Shown here: positions 8,687-17,986 of the stretch, one piece after another
How the letters are laid out: each line of letters starts with the position of its first letter
Numbering within the stretch: the stretch's first letter is position 1
Source of the DNA: an uncultured Chloroflexia bacterium
GTDB lineage: Bacteria; Chloroflexota; Limnocylindria; Limnocylindrales; CSP1-4
Reading direction: 5' to 3'
NCBI GenBank assembly: GCA_963768035.1
Contig: CAVYGJ010000002.1
Span: forward strand, 401,079 to 465,078
Length of the DNA stretch: 64,000 nucleotides
Made by a program: the position numbers and the translations under genes
Notes under the pieces: model-generated
The model's input: only the letters and a program-made list of their open reading frames with translations
The model's database searches: none
What the model was told of the DNA's origin: nothing

Positions 8687-9808
8687 ATGCAGATCGCCGA
8701 CTTCGAGCTGGAGCGCTTCTTCGCGCGGTACGAGTTCGCCGTCCGCCACCTCCTGTGCGCGAGCGACGTCGAGGGCTGGTCGATGGCGGACCTCCTCGCC
8801 CTGGCCGACGACGAGACGCGCCGGCTGTGGGACGGCCTGACCCTCGGCTACACGGAGGCGCCCGGGCACCCGCTCCTGCGCGCCGAGATCGCGTCGCTGT
8901 ACGAGACGCTCGCCGCCGACGACGTCCTGACGTTCTCCGGCGCGGAGGAGGCGATCTTCACCGCGGCGAACGTGCTCCTCGGGAGCGGCGACCACGCGAT
9001 CGTCACCTGGCCCGCCTACCAGAGCCTCCACGAGGTCGCGCGGGCCGCGGGCGCGGACGTGACGCTCCACGAGCTCCGCGCGAGCGACGGCTGGGCGATC
9101 GACGTGGACCGGCTGCGCGCCTCGGTCACGCCGCGCACGAAGCTCATCGTCGTCAATGCCCCGCACAACCCGACCGGCATGCTCCCCGACGCGGCGACCT
9201 GGGCCGCGGTCTCGGCGATCGCCGCGGACGCCGGGGCCGTCCTGTTCTCGGACGAGGTCTACCGCTTCCTCGAGCGCGACCCCGCCGCGCGGCTCACCGC
9301 CGGCGCGGACCTCGGCCCGCACGGCGTCAGCCTCGGCGTCATGTCGAAGTCGTTCTCGATGGCAGGGCTGCGGATCGGCTGGCTCGCGTCACGGGACCGC
9401 GCCTTCCTCGACGCGTGCGCGCGGTTCAAGGACTACCTCACGATCTGCTCGTCGGCGCCGTCGGAGATCCTCGCGCTGATCGCGCTCCGGGCGCGCGACA
9501 CGGTCCTCGACCGCTCGCGGGCGATCGTCGACGGGAACCTCGCCCTCGTCGACGGCCTGTTCGAGCGCCAGGCCGCGCACCTGCGCTGGGTCCGCCCGGC
9601 GGGCGGCCCGATCGGCTTCCCGGAGCTCACCGCGGACGTGCCGATCGAGACCTTCGCGCAGAACCTCGTCGAAGCCGAGGGGGTACTCCTTGCGCCGGGC
9701 CCGCTGTTCGGCCACCCGGGCAACCACTTCCGCCTCGGGCTCGGCCGGAACGGCATGGCGGCCGGGATCGAGCGGCTCGAGGCATACGTGGAGCGGACGC
9801 TCCGCTAG
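8687..9808 (+). CDS. class I/II PLP-dependent aminotransferase
   Basis: NPTG motif (NAPHNPTG) and PLP-lysine loop SKSFSMAGLRIGW. 45 nt downstream of the ABC ATPase with no obvious terminator between them. Confidence 0.8.
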   Translation: MQIADFELERFFARYEFAVRHLLCASDVEGWSMADLLALADDETRRLWDGLTLGYTEAPGHPLLRAEIASLYETLAADDVLTFSGAEEAIFTAANVLLGSGDHAIVTWPAYQSLHEVARAAGADVTLHELRASDGWAIDVDRLRASVTPRTKLIVVNAPHNPTGMLPDAATWAAVSAIAADAGAVLFSDEVYRFLERDPAARLTAGADLGPHGVSLGVMSKSFSMAGLRIGWLASRDRAFLDACARFKDYLTICSSAPSEILALIALRARDTVLDRSRAIVDGNLALVDGLFERQAAHLRWVRPAGGPIGFPELTADVPIETFAQNLVEAEGVLLAPGPLFGHPGNHFRLGLGRNGMAAGIERLEAYVERTLR

Positions 9809-9816
9809 GGAGGCGG

Positions 9817-11199
9817 TCAGGGGACCGGCGGCACCTCGGGCAGGTTCGCGAACGCGTCGAGGAAGCGGCCCATCATCTTCGTCGCGGCCACGAGGTCGTC
9901 GATCCGGATGTTCTCGTCGGGCGCGTGCGCCCGGCAGTCCGCGCGACCGGCGCCGAGCGTGGTCGCCGGGACGCGGTGCTCGGCGCACACCTGGTACATC
10001 GGCACGGTGCCCGGGAACGAGACGCCGATGCTCGCGGCCATGCCCGCGACCTCGGTGGACACGGCCGCGGCCGCCTGGACGACGGGATGGGACGGCGGCG
10101 TCCACCAGGCGGGCTCGGACTCGCGGACGAGGATCTCGATGTCGGCGAACCCGTGCGTGTCGAGGTGGCGGCGGAGCGCCTCGACGACCGCGGGCGGGTC
10201 CTGGTCCGGGATGATCCGGATGTCGATCCGGGCCCGCGCCTCCGCCGGCGTCACGGTCTTGGCCGTCGCATCGATGTGACCCGACCACAGCCCCTGGATG
10301 TTGAGCGTCGTGTCGAACGTCAGCGCCCGCAGCGCGTCGACCCCGTCGAGGCCCGCGTTGAGCTGGTCGACCTGCCAGTCCTCGCGGATGTCGTCGAGGG
10401 TGCCCGTGTCCTGGGCGTCGACGATGGCGAGCTGCTCGGGCGTCGGCGGTCGCGCGCCCGTGTCGAGCCCGTCCACGACGGGGCGCAGGTCGTCGTCCCA
10501 CAGCGTGGCGAGGGCCTTGACGATCCGCTGGGCGGCGTTCGGGAGCACGACGGTCAGGCTCGAGTGGGCGTCGTGGGCCATCGTCCGTGCGACGAGCTCG
10601 AGGACGATGATCCCCTTGCCGCCGCCCTGGACGCTCGGCCGGCCCGAGAGGTCGAGCTCGCCGCCCTCGATGAGCGCCGCGTCGGCGCGCCGGAGCTCCG
10701 GTCGCAGGTCGAGCAGCTCGTCGAGGTGGACCGAGCCCGTCTCCTCCTCGCCCTCGACGAGGTGGCGGACGCGGACCGGGAGCGGGCCGAACGCCTCGAC
10801 CCACGCCTCGAGGGCCCAGATCCGCGGCAGCAGCTCGCCCTTGTTGTCGGTCGCGCCCCGGGCCCAGATCCGGTCGTCGCGGATCGCGGGGTTGTACGGC
10901 GGGTTCGTCCACAGGTCGAGCGGGGCGGCGGGCTGGACGTCGTAGTGGCCGACGCTGCTCAGCGTGCGCGGCCCCTCGCCCAGCTCGCCGACGATGAGCG
11001 GGGGCACGCCGTCGCCCAGCTCGAGGACCTCGACCTCGCACCCGGCGCGCCGGAGCCGCTCCGCGGTCCAGTCGGCGGCCAGGCGGAGGTTGGCGAGGTC
11101 GCCGCCCTCGGACGGGATGCGGCAGAACGCGAGCAGCTCCTCGATCCAGTCCTCGAGGTGCTCGTCGATGATGGCGTCGAAGCGCGTGAAGTCGGTCAT
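9817..11199 (-). CDS. M20-family metallopeptidase/dipeptidase
   Basis: ATG 11199 (MTDFTRFD...). GHYDVQPA and ARGATDNKG motifs. 4-nt overlap with the upstream GcvT-family gene. Confidence 0.85.
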   Translation of the reverse strand: MTDFTRFDAIIDEHLEDWIEELLAFCRIPSEGGDLANLRLAADWTAERLRRAGCEVEVLELGDGVPPLIVGELGEGPRTLSSVGHYDVQPAAPLDLWTNPPYNPAIRDDRIWARGATDNKGELLPRIWALEAWVEAFGPLPVRVRHLVEGEEETGSVHLDELLDLRPELRRADAALIEGGELDLSGRPSVQGGGKGIIVLELVARTMAHDAHSSLTVVLPNAAQRIVKALATLWDDDLRPVVDGLDTGARPPTPEQLAIVDAQDTGTLDDIREDWQVDQLNAGLDGVDALRALTFDTTLNIQGLWSGHIDATAKTVTPAEARARIDIRIIPDQDPPAVVEALRRHLDTHGFADIEILVRESEPAWWTPPSHPVVQAAAAVSTEVAGMAASIGVSFPGTVPMYQVCAEHRVPATTLGAGRADCRAHAPDENIRIDDLVAATKMMGRFLDAFANLPEVPPVP

Positions 11200-12386
11200 G
11201 CCCGCTTGCGCGGGAGGTCGAGGAACGGCAGCTCGACGACCGTGGCGTTGACCCGGCCGCGGCGACCCTCGACGGTCCATTCCACGCCGAGCCGGGTGCC
11301 GGTCCGGTCGTAGCGCGGCGGCACGGACGCGAGCGCGATCGCCTGCTTGAGGATCGGGCTCCAGCCGTGCGAGGTCGCCTTGCCGACCTGGCGGTTGCCG
11401 TCGAAGACGGGGATCGGGGAGCGGTCCGTCGTCGGGGAGATCGCGGGCGGCAGGCCCTGCTCGTCGTACAGCCGCTCGATGTCGTACCAGTCGAGCTGGA
11501 GCCCGACGAGGCGCCGGGCGGGACCGCCTGCGGCCTGCTCCGCGAGGAGCGCCCGCTTGCCGACGTAGTCCGCCTTGTCGAAGCTCACGAGCTTGCCCAG
11601 GCCGACCTCGAACGGGCTGTAGTTCTGCTCCGGGTTCATCGCGTGGCGGGCGGACGTGTAGTCGACCTCGAGCAGGATCAGCCCGGCCTCGAGGCGGGTC
11701 ACGTCGAGCGCGAGCATCCCGGCCGGCCGGATCGCGTACGCCTGGCCGACGTCGAACAGGACGTCCCACACGGCCGGCGCCGCGTCGGCGGGGATCCACA
11801 GCTCGTAGCCGAGGTCGCCGGTGTAGCCGGTGCGGCTGACGTCGACGGGGGTGCCCGCGATCGTCGTCCCGCGGCGGCGGAAGTAGCGCAGGTCCGAGAA
11901 GTCCTCGCCGGTCGCCGCCTCGAGCACCGCGCGGCTCAACGGGCCCTGCATCGCGAGGGCCGCGAGCTCCTCGGTGACGTCCTCGACGGTGACGTCCAGC
12001 CCGGCCGCGTTCTGGGTCAGCCAGCGGTACTGCGGGTCGGCGGCGGTCCAGCGGAGCTCGTGCTCGGCGACGCGATGGACGGTGCCGTCGTCGATGACCT
12101 TGCCGTGCTCGTCGCACCAGGGCGTGTAGTAGACCTGCCCCACCTTGAGCTTCGTCGCGTCGCGGGTGATCACGCGGTCCGCCAGCGCGATCACGTCGGG
12201 CCCGGTGAGCCGGTACTTGTACAGCGGGCTGACGTCGATGACGGCGGCCGCCTCGCGGATCGCGTTGTACTCGATGTCGTGGAAGTCGGCGTAGACCGAC
12301 GAGGCGTAGAAGCCCGCCCACTCCCGCCACTGCATCTTCCGGTTGAGGGGCGCAGTCCGGGGATGGAACGCGGTTCCGACGCTCAA
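11196..12386 (-). CDS. GcvT-family aminomethyltransferase (folate-dependent)
   Basis: AGGAGG lies 7 nt upstream of TTG 12386. Sequence SVGTAFHPRTAPLN..., SRTGYTGDLGYELW and a C-terminal barrel. The track ORF upstream of this start is noise. Confidence 0.8.
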   Translation of the reverse strand: MSVGTAFHPRTAPLNRKMQWREWAGFYASSVYADFHDIEYNAIREAAAVIDVSPLYKYRLTGPDVIALADRVITRDATKLKVGQVYYTPWCDEHGKVIDDGTVHRVAEHELRWTAADPQYRWLTQNAAGLDVTVEDVTEELAALAMQGPLSRAVLEAATGEDFSDLRYFRRRGTTIAGTPVDVSRTGYTGDLGYELWIPADAAPAVWDVLFDVGQAYAIRPAGMLALDVTRLEAGLILLEVDYTSARHAMNPEQNYSPFEVGLGKLVSFDKADYVGKRALLAEQAAGGPARRLVGLQLDWYDIERLYDEQGLPPAISPTTDRSPIPVFDGNRQVGKATSHGWSPILKQAIALASVPPRYDRTGTRLGVEWTVEGRRGRVNATVVELPFLDLPRKRA

Positions 12387-12492
12387 CGTGGGTCCTCCTG
12401 GGGTAGTGCGTCGAGTATGCATGAGATGTATGCAGGCTGGATGGCCCGGCGCTGGCCGCGCGGCCGACCCTGACTCTGCAACCATTGGGCGC

Positions 12493-15443
12493 ATGACCGA
12501 TCGCGCGAACCCGTTCCTCGGCCACGAGCACCGGCGTCCGGAGGTGGACGCCGCCGAGGCGGCGCGGCTGCTCGAGGCCGCGTTCGGGCGGCGCGGGATC
12601 GTCCGCGAGCTCGGCAGCCACCAGGACCGCAACTTCCTCGTCGCGGGCGAGGGCGGTGCACGGTTCGTGTTCAAGATCGCGCGCCACGGGCTCTCCCGCG
12701 CGGCGCTCGAGGCGGAGAACGAGGCGATGCTCCGGCTCGCCGCCGCGGGCCTGTCGTTCGAGGTGCCCGTCCCGCAGCCGGCGCTCGACGGGTCGCGCGT
12801 CGTCGCCGGGACCACGAGCGCGGGCGTCGTCCACGACCTCCGGCTCGTGACGTTCATCGAGGGCCGGCCGCTCGACGAGGTCGGCTACCTCGCGCCCGCG
12901 GTCCTTCGTGCGCACGGCGGGATCGCGGCGTCCGTGGTCCGCGCGCTCGAGGGGTTCGACCACCCGGCGCTCGACCGGGCGCTCCAGTGGGACCTCCGGT
13001 ACGCGTCGGACGTCGTCGAGGCGCTCGCGCCGTTCGCCTCCACCCCGGCGCGTCTCGAGCTCCTCCAGCGATCGATCGCGGCCGCGGATGCGGCGCTGGC
13101 GCCGTTCGCCGCCCGACCTCCGCATCGCGGTCGTCCACCAGGACGTGACCGAGGCGAACACCGTCACCCGAACGGACGCCGCCGGGCGACCGATGCCGGC
13201 CGGGCTCATCGACTTCGGCGACCTCTCGCGGACGTGGATCGCGGGCGACCTCTCGGCCGTCATCGCGGCGGACGTGATCCACGACGTGACGCGACCGCTC
13301 CAGGTCGCGCGTGAGGTGACCCGCGGCTATGCGGCGGAGGTCCCGCTGACGGCCGTCGAGATCGCCGCCCTGTGGCCGCTCGTCGTGGCACGCGCCGCGT
13401 CGGTGGCGATCAGCGGCGACCAGCAGGCCTCGCTCGAGCCCGACAACGCATACGTCGTGGCGACGCGCGACGAGGAGTGGGCGGCCCTCGAGGCGGTCGT
13501 GGACATCCCGTTCGCGCTCGCGGAGGCCGTGCTGCGAGAAGCCGCCGGGCACGGGCCGGTCGAGCGGGCGATGGTCAAGCTCGCCACGGCGCCGCTGCTG
13601 GCCGACATGGGCGAGGTCGCGGCGATCGACCTCTCGACGACGTCTGTCGCCCTCGATGGCGCGGCGATCGGCGACCCGGGCGCGGTCGGCGACCTCGTGC
13701 GGGGCGCGGTCGCGGGCGGCGCACGACCCGTGGCGCGCTGGGGCGAGGGCCGCCTCGTGGACACGACGCTCGACGCGATGGACGAGGCGGCGACCGTCCA
13801 CCTCGGGATCGACGTGTTCGCGGACGCGGGGACGCCGGTCCACGCCCCGGTCGGCGGCCGCGTCCGGCTCCGCCCGGACGGCCTCGTCATCGGCGGCATC
13901 TTCGACCTCGTCCTCGACGGCGTCGACCCGTCGGTCGGGGAGGGGACCGAGGTCGCGGCCGGCGACGTCGTCGGCACGGTCGCCATCGAGGGCCCCGACG
14001 GGCTCCCGCCGCACGTCCACGTCCAGCGCGTCGCCGTGCCGGGGTCTCGACGCCCCCCGGCGGGCCGTCACATCGCTGTCCGCGGCCTGGCTCGAGCTGT
14101 GCCCGGATCCGTCGTCGCTGCTGGGCATCCTGCCCGGGATCGCGTCCACGCCCCGCGACGACCCCGCCGCCCTCCTCGCCCGCCGCGACGCGGTCCTCGC
14201 CACGACCCAGGTCCACTACTTCGACGCCCCGCCCCGGATCGAGCGCGGCTGGCGCCACCACCTCGTCGACACGACCGGCCGCGCCCGGGTCGACATGGTC
14301 AACAACGTCGCGGTCCTGGGGCACAGCCACCCGGCCGTCGAGGCGGCGGTCGCGCGACAGCTCCACCTGCTCAACACGAACTCGCGGTTCCTGTACGAGC
14401 CGATGGTCGCGTTCGCCGAGGCCCTCGCCGCACGTTTCCCGGCGCCGCTCGACACCGTCTTCCTCGTCAACACCGGCTCCGAGGCGAACGAGCTCGCGCT
14501 CCGGCTCGCCCGGACGGCAACCGGCAACGAGGACGTCCTCGCCGTCCGCGGCGCGTACCACGGCTGGACCGTCGCGACCGACGCGATCACGACGTCCACG
14601 CTCGACAACCCGCGCGCGCTCCAGACGCGACCCGCGTGGGTCCACCCGGTCGAGGCGCCGAACACGTTCCGCGGCCCGCACCGCGGCCCGGATGCCGGTA
14701 CCCGCTACGCCGATGACGTCCGCGCGACCCTCGCCCGGCTGGCCGCCGAAGGCCGGGCGCCCGCCGCCTTCATCGCGGAGGCGCTGTACGGCAACGCCGG
14801 CGGCGTGATCCTCCCCGACGGCTACCTGCGCGAGGCCTACGCGGCCGTCCGCGCGGCGGGCGGGCTCGCGATCGCGGACGAGGTCCAGGTGGGCTACGGC
14901 CGCCTCGGCGCGCACCGCTGGGCCTTCGAGCAGCAGGACGTGGTCCCGGACATCGTCACGGTCGCCAAGGCCGCGGGCAACGGCATGGCCGTGGGCGCCG
15001 TGATCACGACCCGCGCGATCGCCGACGCCTTCGCCGCCGAGGGCTCGTTCTTCTCGTCCGTGGGCGGCTCACCGGTGTCGTGTGCGGCGGGCCTCGCGGT
15101 CCTGCGCGCGATCGACGACGAGGGCCTCCAGGCGAACGCGCGCGATGTCGGGGCACACCTGCGCGAGGGGCTCGAGCGTGTCACGGCGGGCAACCCGCTC
15201 GTGGGGGCCATCCACGGGATGGGGCTCTACCAGGGCGTGGAGCTCGTCCGCGACCCGGAGACGCTCGAGCCGGCCGATGGCGAGGCGCTCGCGATCTGCG
15301 AGCGGCTCCTCGAGCTGGGGGTCGTCTGCCAGCCGACCGGCGACGGGAACAACGTGCTCAAGGTCAAGCCGCCGCTGTGCCTGACCCGCGAGAGCGCGGA
15401 CGTGTTCGTCGAGGCGCTCGGGATCGCGCTCCGCGGCTGGTAG
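12493..15443 (+). pseudogene. kinase(APH-fold)-M23/LytM-like-class III aminotransferase fusion, interrupted by two +1 frameshifts as sequenced
   Basis: One continuous homolog spans three frames. The APH fold is in frame 1, and its Brenner motif VVHQDVTEANTV continues in frame 2 after an extra base at GCCC 13111-13114. The M23-like HLGIDV ... PPHVHVQ is in frame 2. After an extra G in GGGG 14041-14044, the class-III aminotransferase (DIVTVAKAAGNG) runs in frame 0 to TAG 15441-15443. Confidence 0.85.
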
Positions 15444-15593
15444 CGACCGGCCGGCCATTCGGCCGCCGGACGCGCGGACGTTTGTCGATGCCGAGGGGCG
15501 CGTGCCGTCCATGGTGGCGGCCACGACCGTGGGACGACCCTCTCCTCACGGACCCGACCGCCTGCCCCCGGGTCCACCTAAGGACTCACCGCC

Positions 15594-16178
15594 ATGGACC
15601 GTTCATTCCGCTCCACCGGCATCGTCGCCGGGCTCCTCCTCGTTGCCCTCGCCGTCGCGGCGTGCGGAGCCGCCGCCGCGCAGCCCAGCGCGATCCCCGC
15701 CCCGGTCGCCACCCCGGCCGGCGCGCCCGATCCCACCCCGTTCCCGACGCCGGCCGTGACCGACGCCCCGTCCGTCCCGGTCAACACGCCGGGTCCGGAT
15801 GGCGTCGATGGCGCCGTGCTCCCGCTCGACGTGTTCCTCGACCACGTGGTCACGCTCCAGTTCAGCGATCCCGATGGCCTCATCACCGGTGCCGCGTCCG
15901 GCTCGGCGAAGGACGGGATGTCCGTCCAGTGGGGCAGCGCCGCCGTGCGCAACATCGACCCCCGGACCGTCGAGATCACCTGGGTCGGCCTGTCCGGCGA
16001 CGAGGCGATCACGCTGGTCGCCAAGCCCCAGGGCAATGGCGTCCTGCTCCGCTTCGGCCAGCAGGCCCCGCCCGCCTATTCCGACGCGATGGGCGCGGAC
16101 CGCGTCGCGGTCCTGACCTTCGCAAACCCGGTCGACGCCGCCGACATCGTGACCGACTTCACGACCGCCGACGACTGA
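15594..16178 (+). CDS. lipoprotein of unknown function
   Basis: Signal peptide with lipobox LAVAAC, a Pro-rich linker, and high GC3. Confidence 0.7.
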   Translation: MDRSFRSTGIVAGLLLVALAVAACGAAAAQPSAIPAPVATPAGAPDPTPFPTPAVTDAPSVPVNTPGPDGVDGAVLPLDVFLDHVVTLQFSDPDGLITGAASGSAKDGMSVQWGSAAVRNIDPRTVEITWVGLSGDEAITLVAKPQGNGVLLRFGQQAPPAYSDAMGADRVAVLTFANPVDAADIVTDFTTADD

Positions 16179-16361
16179 TCCGACCCCAGCCACGGGACCG
16201 CGGAGCCGCGACGCTCCGCGGTCTCGCCATGTCCGGCCCGGTGGCTCCGGGCTCGCGCCACCCGGTAGACTGCATGCGGACTATGCAGGCTGAATAGCGG
16301 CACCCCGCCCCCGTCCCGGGCGGACCCGGAGCCGTTCCCGTCCCGAGACTTGGAGGGTGGC

Positions 16362-17984
16362 GTGGCGCAGCGCTACGACGCGGTGATCATCGGCGGAGGG
16401 CACAACGGGCTCATCTCCGCCGCGTACCTGGCGCGCGCCGGGCTCAAGACCCTGGTCCTCGAGCGGCGCCACGTCCTCGGCGGCGCCGCCGTCACCGAGG
16501 AGATCGTCCCGGGCTTCCGGTTCTCGGTCGCGAGCTACGTCGTCAGCCTCCTGCGGCCCGAGGTCATCCGCGACCTCAACCTGCCCAAGTACGGCCTCGA
16601 CATCCTCCCGCTCGACGGCACGTTCACGCCCCTCCGACCCGGCGAGGGCGCGCCGGGCGGCGACTACCTGTGGCGCGTCAACGACCACGGCCGGACCGTC
16701 CGCGAGCTCCGCCGCTGGTCCAAGAACGACGCCGAGGCGTACGAGGAGTACGGCCAGCTCATGGTGGAGATGGCCCGGTTCATCAAGCCGATCCTCGGGA
16801 TCGTGCCCCCCGATCCCACCGACAACGACCCGCGGCCGCTGATGCCGCTCGCGAGCCTCGCCCGCCGCTTCGCGCAGCTGCCGGAGCGCCAGCAGGCGGT
16901 GTTCGTCCAGCTGATGACGATGTCGGCGGCGGACTTCCTCGACCAGTGGTTCGAGACGGACCCGCTCAAGGCGACGATGTCGGCGTCGGGGATCATCGGC
17001 ACCTACCAGGGCATCCGCAGCCCCGGGACGGCGTACGTCCTGCTCCACCACTACATGGGCGAGATCGACGGCGCGTTCCGCGCCTGGGGCATCCCGAAGG
17101 GCGGCACGGGCGGCGTCAGCTACTCGATCGCCCGCGCGGCGCAGGCCCTCGGCGCGGAGATCCGGACCGAGGCGCCGGTGGCCCGGATCGTCGTCAAGCA
17201 CGGCAAGGCGACGGGCGTGGTCCTCGAGAACGGCGAGGAGATCGAGGCGTCCCACGTCCTCTCGTCGGCCGACGCGAAGGTCACCTTCCTCGACCTCCTG
17301 GAGCCCGGCTCGCTCGACGCCGAGTTCGAGCAGGAGGTCCGCCGGTTCAAGTTCCGCGGCAGCTCGGGCAAGGTCAACCTCGCCGTGGACCGGCTGCCCG
17401 ACTTCACCTGCATGCCCGGCGTCGGCGAGCACCTCCGTGGCGCGATCTCGTTCTCCCCGTCGATGGAGGACATGGAGCTCGCCTACGACGACGCGAAGTA
17501 CGGCCGCTGGAGCGAGCGCCCGTACATCGACATGATCATCCCGACCCTCGTCGACCCCGACATGGCGCCTCCCGGCAAGCACGTGATCTCGTGCTTCGTC
17601 CAGTACGCGCCGTACAAGCTCGCGCCCGAGCTCGGCACGTGGGACGACAACGGCAACCGGGAGAAGTTCGGGGACGCGGTCATCAACCGGATCGCGGAGT
17701 TCGCGCCGAACATCCGGGACATCATCGTCGGCCGCCAGGTCCTCACCCCGCTCGACATCGAGCGGACGATGGGCCTCACCGAGGGCAACATCTTCCAGGG
17801 CGAGCTGAGCCTCGAGCAGCTGTTCTTCAACCGGCCGGTCCCCGGGTACGCCCGGTTCAGGACGCCGGTGCAGAACCTGTGGCTGTCGGGCTCGTCGACC
17901 CACCCGGGCGGCGGCCTCATGGGCGCCAACGGGCGCCTCGCGGCGCTCGAGGTCCTCAAGTCCAGCGGCCGGAAGGTGGCCTGA
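16362..17984 (+). CDS. FAD-dependent oxidoreductase, phytoene desaturase (CrtI)/PYROXD2-like
   Basis: GGAGGG precedes in-frame GTG 16362 (the track start TTG 16350 overlaps this SD). Dinucleotide fold YDAVIIGGGHNGL and C-terminal GSSTHPGGG. Confidence 0.85.
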   Translation: MAQRYDAVIIGGGHNGLISAAYLARAGLKTLVLERRHVLGGAAVTEEIVPGFRFSVASYVVSLLRPEVIRDLNLPKYGLDILPLDGTFTPLRPGEGAPGGDYLWRVNDHGRTVRELRRWSKNDAEAYEEYGQLMVEMARFIKPILGIVPPDPTDNDPRPLMPLASLARRFAQLPERQQAVFVQLMTMSAADFLDQWFETDPLKATMSASGIIGTYQGIRSPGTAYVLLHHYMGEIDGAFRAWGIPKGGTGGVSYSIARAAQALGAEIRTEAPVARIVVKHGKATGVVLENGEEIEASHVLSSADAKVTFLDLLEPGSLDAEFEQEVRRFKFRGSSGKVNLAVDRLPDFTCMPGVGEHLRGAISFSPSMEDMELAYDDAKYGRWSERPYIDMIIPTLVDPDMAPPGKHVISCFVQYAPYKLAPELGTWDDNGNREKFGDAVINRIAEFAPNIRDIIVGRQVLTPLDIERTMGLTEGNIFQGELSLEQLFFNRPVPGYARFRTPVQNLWLSGSSTHPGGGLMGANGRLAALEVLKSSGRKVA

Positions 17985-17986
17985 CG

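Noticed and set aside
7822-11313. Very long ORFs in wrong frames or on the opposite strand. Examples: 7822..11313 (+), 37389..40697 (-), 45335..48682 (-), 49866..53438 (-), 49880..53410 (+), 54388..57783 (-).
   Set aside because: Their translations are Arg/Pro/Gly/Ala low-complexity text with no motifs. They overlap genes that have clear family signatures. Stop codons are simply rare in non-coding frames of very GC-rich DNA.
13111-14044. Programmed ribosomal frameshifting as an explanation for the frame changes.
   Set aside because: There are no slippery heptamers or downstream stimulatory structures. The events occur in unrelated genes on both strands, and in both the +1 and -1 directions. 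Random indels explain them better.
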